Under the pieces are notes generated by a model. That model had not been told where the DNA came from and did no database searches. It worked only from the letters and a program-made list of their open reading frames with translations. A DNA stretch of 64,000 bases from Hormiphora californensis (taxonomy: Eukaryota; Animalia; Ctenophora). The stretch is taken from the NCBI GenBank assembly GCA_020137815.1, contig CM035350.1:5208001-5272000 (forward strand), in the 5' to 3' direction. The position numbers were made by a program, and so were the translations under genes. Position 1 is the stretch's first letter, and the number at the start of each line of letters is the position of its first letter. Of the stretch, positions 56,924 through 64,000 are shown piece by piece.

Positions 56924-57529
56924 GCTAGGGAGAGAGAGACGAGGATGGATGAGATAGAGTGTGTTGGATTCTGCTTCATAGTATATACTGGCCTCAGCGC
57001 GTAACACATCTCCCAGGGCTATCCGTAAGAGGATCGAGCAGAGGGAGAGGGATGGCACAAGGAGAAGATCTCGGACGACAGTGTGCATGGGACTTGTCTG
57101 GCTAATAGGAGAGTATAGTGCACCGACATCTAAGAAACTTCCAGGGCTACCGCAAAAGGAATAGAAAGGAGAACCAGGACTGACAGCAGAAGAAGAGGAC
57201 GGAGAGGCTGCATTTGAGAACGTGTCAAGGCTATAATGAGAAGAGGATGAAGGCAAGAAGCTAAGAGGTACTCAGAGACAATTGGAATCAAGGAATAGTA
57301 GAACCAAAACGAGAGGAGTTAAGAAGAGGTCAAAGAGGAGGAAATGAAAGAGGAAGTGAAGGAAGAGTCTGGGGAAGATGTACTTCAGGAAAATGGTGGG
57401 AATTCAGAGGGAATAGTCAGTCAACCAGAGGAAGTTAAAGAAGAGTGTAAAACATTAGATCAGAAAGAAGTAAGGGACAGTGACTCAGGTACAGCATCGA
57501 CTGCAGAAACAGGCCAGGAGGGGAATTGA
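56032..57529 (+). CDS. PRKRIP1: PRKR-interacting protein 1 homolog. Exons 56032-56211, 56704-56798, 57017-57529 (last exon error-disrupted)
   Basis: [47 protein letters not shown] is the family signature. Confidence 0.9.
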
Positions 57530-58290
57530 ACGCGTAGGGCGCCGTGACCTATTTATTATGAAAGTAAAGCTCGCGCGCGCGCCTTCTTGCTACTGCTAAA
57601 AGTGCTTCAGTGTGGTTCAGCAAAGTTGGTCCTTTGGCCTCACGGGTGCCCGGGTTTGGCTTGAAGTGGTTAGTGGCTTAACCGCATTTTAGTATTATGA
57701 TCTGGATTTTAAGTGTTGCTGTCTGTATGACAAAAGTCTAGATCTCAATCCGATTTTTCGACAGCAGTTCAGTCCTAACTCCAGTACAAAAGATTTTGAC
57801 GTGTATCTTTGTGCCAATTTATAAATTAATTGCAGTTTACCCCACTTAATTATGCTGCTGTTATGATCGGAATAATAATTTCCACCACTTACTACCATAT
57901 TATACTCACCTCTCAGAACAATTCATTATCTCTTAAAAGTTAAGGTTCCCTAGAAAAGCGAAAACCATTACATCCCAGAATTTGAATTACAGTACACTAG
58001 GCAGTGTACTAAGTTTTGTAATAAACCCATAATAGTACAGTACACAAACTAGTCTTAATTTTAAACAATGTAGATATATGTTTGTGTATTTGTGAGGTAT
58101 AAGAAAGCAGTACAAAATATAAGTATATCAATTTCTCCGGCTCTTTCTCGCACACTCCTTACATCACAGATTGTCATGATATATCTCAAACACAGATCAG
58201 TCCTTAACCCGCAATATCTAACTAGTTTTACGTGTTAGTCATAACTGTCACGTAGTTCCTACTATCTCTGAATTGTCTCCTAACTCTCTC

Positions 58291-59235
58291 CTAACTAGAT
58301 ATCAGTATATCTAGATCGTCTTCATGTCCTTTTGACTTGTTCCACGCAAAGTCCCACAGCCACATCAACACATTAAACACGATATAGGAGAGGAGTAGAA
58401 GGAATATCACCCCAATCACGATGAATACACGCTCCACCACACTGCAATTTGTGGTAACAAAGATTGCCCTCTGAGAGGGGGTCAGACAGCGGGATCCCTC
58501 AACTAGAATGTACTCCGTGCCATTACACGTGAAACTGCTATTGTGCTTCTTCAGCTCAACCTTCTCATCCACAGACGTCCAGAGAAACTGAAAATCGTCA
58601 TTACTGTAGTACTGGCTGAATTGGGATTCCTTGTGTTTCGCGTTGTCACTCATATGATCCAGTAGTTCCGGGAAATTCTCGTTTGTCTCCGTAGACCCTA
58701 CAAATGAGGCCATGGTGGTATCGATACTTGTTGGCTCGAAGGCCCCATCGCGGTTCGTCCACCCCAGCCCAATGTGGGATCCTGCCGTAAGGTGGGATAC
58801 ATTGGTTTGGTGCTGGCAGAAGTAAGCATCCTTGCTGTTGGCAATCACCCTTCCCTTTAGATCAGTCAGCACGCTAGTAGGATCTGATACCTTCCTAACC
58901 ACCGTTACATCGATAAAGGGGATGTAGGGGTCCGTGGGGTCCCATCTTCCATCTGCCTTGGAGGTACATCTCAAACTAACCGAGTTAGCCGCCTCCTCCC
59001 ACGAAACAGTCTTACAGCAATTGTGTTGGACGTGCCTCAACTCGCACACCTCACACCCCAGTGCTGTTTTGTTGCCATCCCGGAGCTGAAAGAATGTCTC
59101 AGCAAAGTAGGACACACAGTGAACCACGGCCGTCTCATTAACCTCAACCGGGATGACGTATACTGCAGCTGGTATTCTGTTTGATGCCCGGGAGATGGCT
59201 GCCAGGGTAGCCAGGATAACTAGAGAAGTAGCCAT
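58291..59235 (-). CDS. Single-exon type-I membrane glycoprotein (~314 aa), possibly with an Ig-like ectodomain
   Basis: Signal peptide MATSLVILATLAAISRA; Cys-rich, beta-rich ectodomain with several N-x-S/T sequons; TM segment VFIVIGVIFLLLLSYIVFNVLMWLW; short tail. Confidence 0.8.
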   Translation of the reverse strand: MATSLVILATLAAISRASNRIPAAVYVIPVEVNETAVVHCVSYFAETFFQLRDGNKTALGCEVCELRHVQHNCCKTVSWEEAANSVSLRCTSKADGRWDPTDPYIPFIDVTVVRKVSDPTSVLTDLKGRVIANSKDAYFCQHQTNVSHLTAGSHIGLGWTNRDGAFEPTSIDTTMASFVGSTETNENFPELLDHMSDNAKHKESQFSQYYSNDDFQFLWTSVDEKVELKKHNSSFTCNGTEYILVEGSRCLTPSQRAIFVTTNCSVVERVFIVIGVIFLLLLSYIVFNVLMWLWDFAWNKSKGHEDDLDILISS

Positions 59236-60761
59236 CAGAGAGGGATGTTTCAACTATAATGAGATGGGGGTTCACACTGCAGCAGATGCAATCGAGCAAT
59301 TCACAATAGCGATACATTCATAACCTGCAACAGGGAGGAGTTGTTTGGGAGAGGGAGAGGGAGAAAATAGGGAAATAGGAAAACAATAAAAGAAAATAGT
59401 CCATTCTAATATTACAACAAACTCATTGTGAAAGGCAATTCATTTGATACAAGTTTCAAACTTCACATTTTCAAATTAAAATAAATCACAAAATGGCTCT
59501 CTATCTCTCTCCATCTTACTCATATCTCCTTTCTACCGCATTGAAGCGTTTGGCCGGCGGGCTCCCTCTTTCTCTCTACAGCTATATTACAGTTCTATGG
59601 ATAAAGAGAGAAAGATCATAATTCCAACATGTAAATGTCCTGGTACTGAAGGCACTGATCTCTCATGAGCTTTGTCAATCAAGTAATGAGAGAGAGGGAG
59701 AGAGAGAGAGAGAGAGAGAGAGAAAGAAAGACAGAAAGAGAACCATCTTTTATATTTCTTACCCTCCCAGTGTCTTTAGACTCAGACGTACACTCTGTAT
59801 CATCGTGTATTTGTCCTTTGTCTCTCTCTCCCCTTTCTCCCTTTATGTCTACCCTTCCCTCTCTTTCTCTCTCTCTCTATATATGTCTACCCCTCCCTCT
59901 CTCTCTCTATATCCTTTGTTTACAATAAAGTATAGCTTTATTCAAGACCGATCGTCTAAAGTTCATTCTACAAAGTTTAAATACACGTGGAAACAAGTAA
60001 ATTGGTCATCGACTCCCTGACGTTACCATTTCTTAGAAATCGTCGAATCGTAGTTCATGGAATAGCAGCTTGTATGAGTTTCGAATATGATGATATGTAA
60101 CAGTGCTGCCATCTGAGTTTCACCAAAATATATTCCTCTCTCGCTTACTCCTATCATAGCACAGGCAAGCAAAGGGATAATATGCACTACTGTCTCCATC
60201 TCTATCCCTCTCTCTCCACTAACAGATATCATCCTCCCTCGAGGGAGGGGGACCCTCTATCTCCCAAACACACACCCAAACATTGAATAGTATTATAATG
60301 CATAGATGGGCGAGCACACTCTGTTACTCTAGTAAGGACACTATGTTACTGCTGAGGGCATCACACTCATAGTTAAAAACAAACACGTTTGCTCTCCAGT
60401 GAGTTATAATTCTCCACTTCTCTCTCCCATTCTACGATCTTTATACTGCCCCTATAATCTCGAATTCTCCCTCTATAATACACAAGATAATAATCACGAC
60501 AAAGAATATGATCATGTGTACGTGGTCAGTACTCAATAAACTCATGGACAATGTCAATACAATGGTATATTATATGATGGTTATTATGTATTATAATATG
60601 TAGCACAATACATGGTATTAGACTTAGGGCACACAATGTAACACTACTACGCTCAAGATTATAGCTCGTAGCTTCAAAATTACACACTTCTTCCCAGCCA
60701 CACGCACGTTTTTGTGTGACATTAGAGAGAGAGAGAGAGAGTGTGTGTGTGAGAGAGAGAG

Positions 60762-60858
<97 letters not shown>

Positions 60859-61017
60859 AAGCATAGTACTTGATTATTGATCATGGAGCCTGCATAGTGC
60901 ATACACTAAAGCTAGCGGGGGAGGGTTAATTATTTACCGATAAGCATCATGGATGATATTGACAATGCTGTAATTTTCTGAATATACTCATATATGAGAC
61001 ATGAGTCATATAATAAG

Positions 61018-61116
61018 TATCGTTATAGAATAATTATCTGATTAATTATCTACATAATTAAACTATTTATAATATTTTAATTAGATAACTAATCAGATGA
61101 TTATTCTATAACGATA
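61018..61116. repeat. AT-rich hairpin with ~35-bp imperfect inverted arms
   Basis: TATCGTTATAGAATAATTATCTGATTA... pairs with ...TAATCAGATGATTATTCTATAACGATA. Confidence 0.65.
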
Positions 61117-61321
61117 GATCTACCTACTGTGAAGTAAGAACATCTCTCTATAGAACTAAGTTGTTATTTTCCGAACTCCGGGACTCGTAATACTACGTAT
61201 GAAGCTACTGCTGATAACTAACTTTAGTTAATTGGCCTCCTTATTAGGTAACCTATGGGAATTTGATTCCATTGTCTAAATGATTCATTCAGTTAATCAT
61301 CACACAAACACAATCTCTCTT

Positions 61322-61437
<116 letters not shown>

Positions 61438-62209
61438 TTCTACTACTTTCACTGATCTCAGATCTATTACGTGCGGTTAGGAAAAATTGTAATCCCTCAA
61501 TTATCAAGTGAAACGGCAGACCATCCCCCCCCCCCCCCAAACATAGGAAACGTTTTCATACAGTCTTTTGTGAGACACGCGAGAAACGGCAGACAATAGG
61601 TTGCATGCCTGATAGCTCTCCCAAACAGTGTACTAGGCTCATCCGGTCCTATACGAGTATAAGAATGTAAATAGGGCCGATATACTGCATAAATTCACCT
61701 AAGCAGGCCGGTGTTATTTACTGGCACTGATATCAATAACCCATGAGCAAGGCGGCCCGATTTTACAAGATATAGCCCTACCCAAGATAAATTTACATAG
61801 ATCGCTGTCTAGTTTGCTCCAAATTGACCTATTTGCGGTATAGATCAGGCTAGACAACTCTGCAGAAAATCACAAGAGTATTACGACAGTAAATGAATGA
61901 TTAAAATGAGAGAACCTGCTATCCACTTAAAAACAAAGCACACAATTTATGCAACAGGAAATGCTTCTTGAAGCACACAAATTATGAAGCAGGAAATGAG
62001 GAGCATTTCTGTTGTAAACCTAGGGTGCATTTACCATATAATGTGAAATTGTGCACTAACTCTTTAGGATGTTACACAGATGAATGAAACATACTTTCTC
62101 TCACACACTGAGCAATGAATAGGACTGGCACGTGATTCTCTGCAATTTGTAGTACGAATCGTAGAGAATTGTAGTACAATATCGTGGTAATGGTATGATG
62201 GGTGAATAA

Positions 62210-63091
62210 TAACGTGTTGGGCAAAAAAAATGTCCCCCCTAGACTAGCATAGTTCCAGATATCGTAGAGCTCTAAAATTTTACACAGTTACTCTATGGGA
62301 CAAATAAATAAGTTCCACAAAATTTCAGACTTTTAGCTCAAAGTTCATTTTTTTGATCGGAATGAACATTGTTATTCATTCCAAAAAACATAATTTTTCG
62401 GTCCAGAAGCCAAGCAATTGTCTTTGGCTCTCGATTTTCTTTCAAATGCGACCAAGAAAAGCCAAAACGGACAACCACAAGGCACACAGTGGTCATGTTT
62501 CTGACAGTTAGTCAGGTCATGTGATCCCCATCGAATCGTGAGTTGCTAATCAGGCTTAGTGGGGAAGAATCACGTATCACAGTCGCTAATGAGGGATGTG
62601 TGTCGAAAAAGCGACATGTGATTCGGGAGCACTTGGGTAAAGAGGCCACTTGTTAATGAGCTTCGGATCTCATGACCAATAGTCATCGTCATCCCTCATT
62701 AGCAGCTGTGATACGTGATTCTCCACCATTAAGCCTGATTAGCAATTCTGAATAAATTACACGATTCGGTGGGGATCACATGACCTGACTAACTGTCAGA
62801 AACATGACCACTGTGTGCCTTGTGGTTGTCCGTTTTGGCTTTTCTTGGTCGCATTTGAAAGAAAATCGAGAGCCAAAGACAATTGCTTGGCTTCTGGACC
62901 AAAAAAATTATGTTTTTTGGAATGAATAACAATGTTCATTCCGATAAAAAAAATGAACTTTGAGCTAAAAGTCTGAAATTTTGTGGAACTTATTTATTTG
63001 TCCCATAGAGTAACTGTGTAAAATTTTAGAGCTCTACGATATCTGGAACTATGCTAGTCTAGGGGGGACATTTTTTTTGCCCAACACGTTA
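62210..63091. mobile_element. Near-perfect palindromic ~880-bp MITE flanked by TA; Tc1/mariner-like
   Basis: TAACGTGTTGGGCAAAAAAAATGTCCCCC... and ...GGGGGACATTTTTTTTGCCCAACACGTTA; arms over 300 bp nearly identical; no coding capacity. Confidence 0.92.
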
Positions 63092-63222
63092 GCAATTAGC
63101 AAGGAACAAATAATACGTGGAGCAGTTTTACTTGATCTAGTCAAATGGAATGTAGTCTAACTTTTACCCAGTCGCACAAAGAACACAAGCAGCTATCTTG
63201 TAATGTGGGCTTGTATCTTGTA

Positions 63223-63317
<95 letters not shown>

Positions 63318-63389
63318 TCGTTCATGTAACAAGGTTTGGGCGGGGAGGGAGAGAGGAATGAAGGTTTGAGAGCTCAGGTGTTTGTTGAT

Positions 63390-63447
<58 letters not shown>

Positions 63448-63526
63448 GAGAGAGAGAGAGTTGACGTGTATTATAACTGTAAGTGGATAAACGCACTGTG
63501 TTCCCGTGGGCTGGTGTTGACAGTTG

Positions 63527-63599
<73 letters not shown>

Positions 63600-64000
63600 C
63601 CTCTCTCTCACCCGGTATCTCGTGTAAAAGCTACTTGAGGCAAGGGCCAGATAACTCTGTTATTAATCAAAAAGGAGATCTGTTTGTTCTCTGTTATACA
63701 TTGTACAATTGTACATATATTCCCTCAACTAAAAGGTCAAGGTACACCCACACGTCATATGTTCCCTAACTTTTGGTTAGGCTCTGACACACAGTGTGAA
63801 GTGAGGCAACTAGGCAAGACTAGCTCTAATTTATAAAACTCTGCAGCAGACTGAATTGTAGACAGGCTAACATTGTATACTAAAGATCAACGTGCCTCGT
63901 GCATAATGTGTGTCTTCCCTACACTGCTGCTGGAGTGTACCCAATTTAAACCATGTATGATCCATGCATGCACGATTATCTCCCTGCCAGAGGTAATTAC

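Noticed and set aside
46600-57300. Frameshifts in the RalGAP-like, BOD1L-like, DUS1L and PRKRIP1 genes as programmed frameshifting or pseudogenes
   Set aside because: Indels occur in four adjacent conserved genes in an assembly with evident indel noise; sequencing error is the simpler explanation.

Overview
Eukaryotic, intron-containing animal DNA. The innexin sequence and the repeat content point to a ctenophore, probably Pleurobrachia-like (inference). The window is rich in (CT)n/(GA)n microsatellites, has one 100-N gap (13384-13483) and several error-prone stretches. Minus strand: the 5' part of a divergent alpha-tubulin gene, a five-exon SAM/Cys-motif gene and a single-exon type-I membrane protein. 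Plus strand: an 8-exon innexin (411-aa core, with a tRNA-Glu in its last intron), then a tight cluster of RalGAP-beta-like, BOD1L-like, DUS1L and PRKRIP1 genes. There are two main findings. (1) About 22 kb upstream of the innexin holds at least six, possibly nine, unrelated ATG-initiated coding exons. Nearly all end in a phase-0 GT donor and fit the phase-0 acceptor of the first constant innexin exon (41963, GKCSN-MLLLG...). This suggests a variable-first-exon/constant-body innexin with radically different N-termini. (2) The alpha-tubulin gene carries two tandem homologous exons, 40 nt apart and apparently mutually exclusive, that swap the lumenal K40 loop. All splice models were derived by hand from the sequence and need transcript confirmation.
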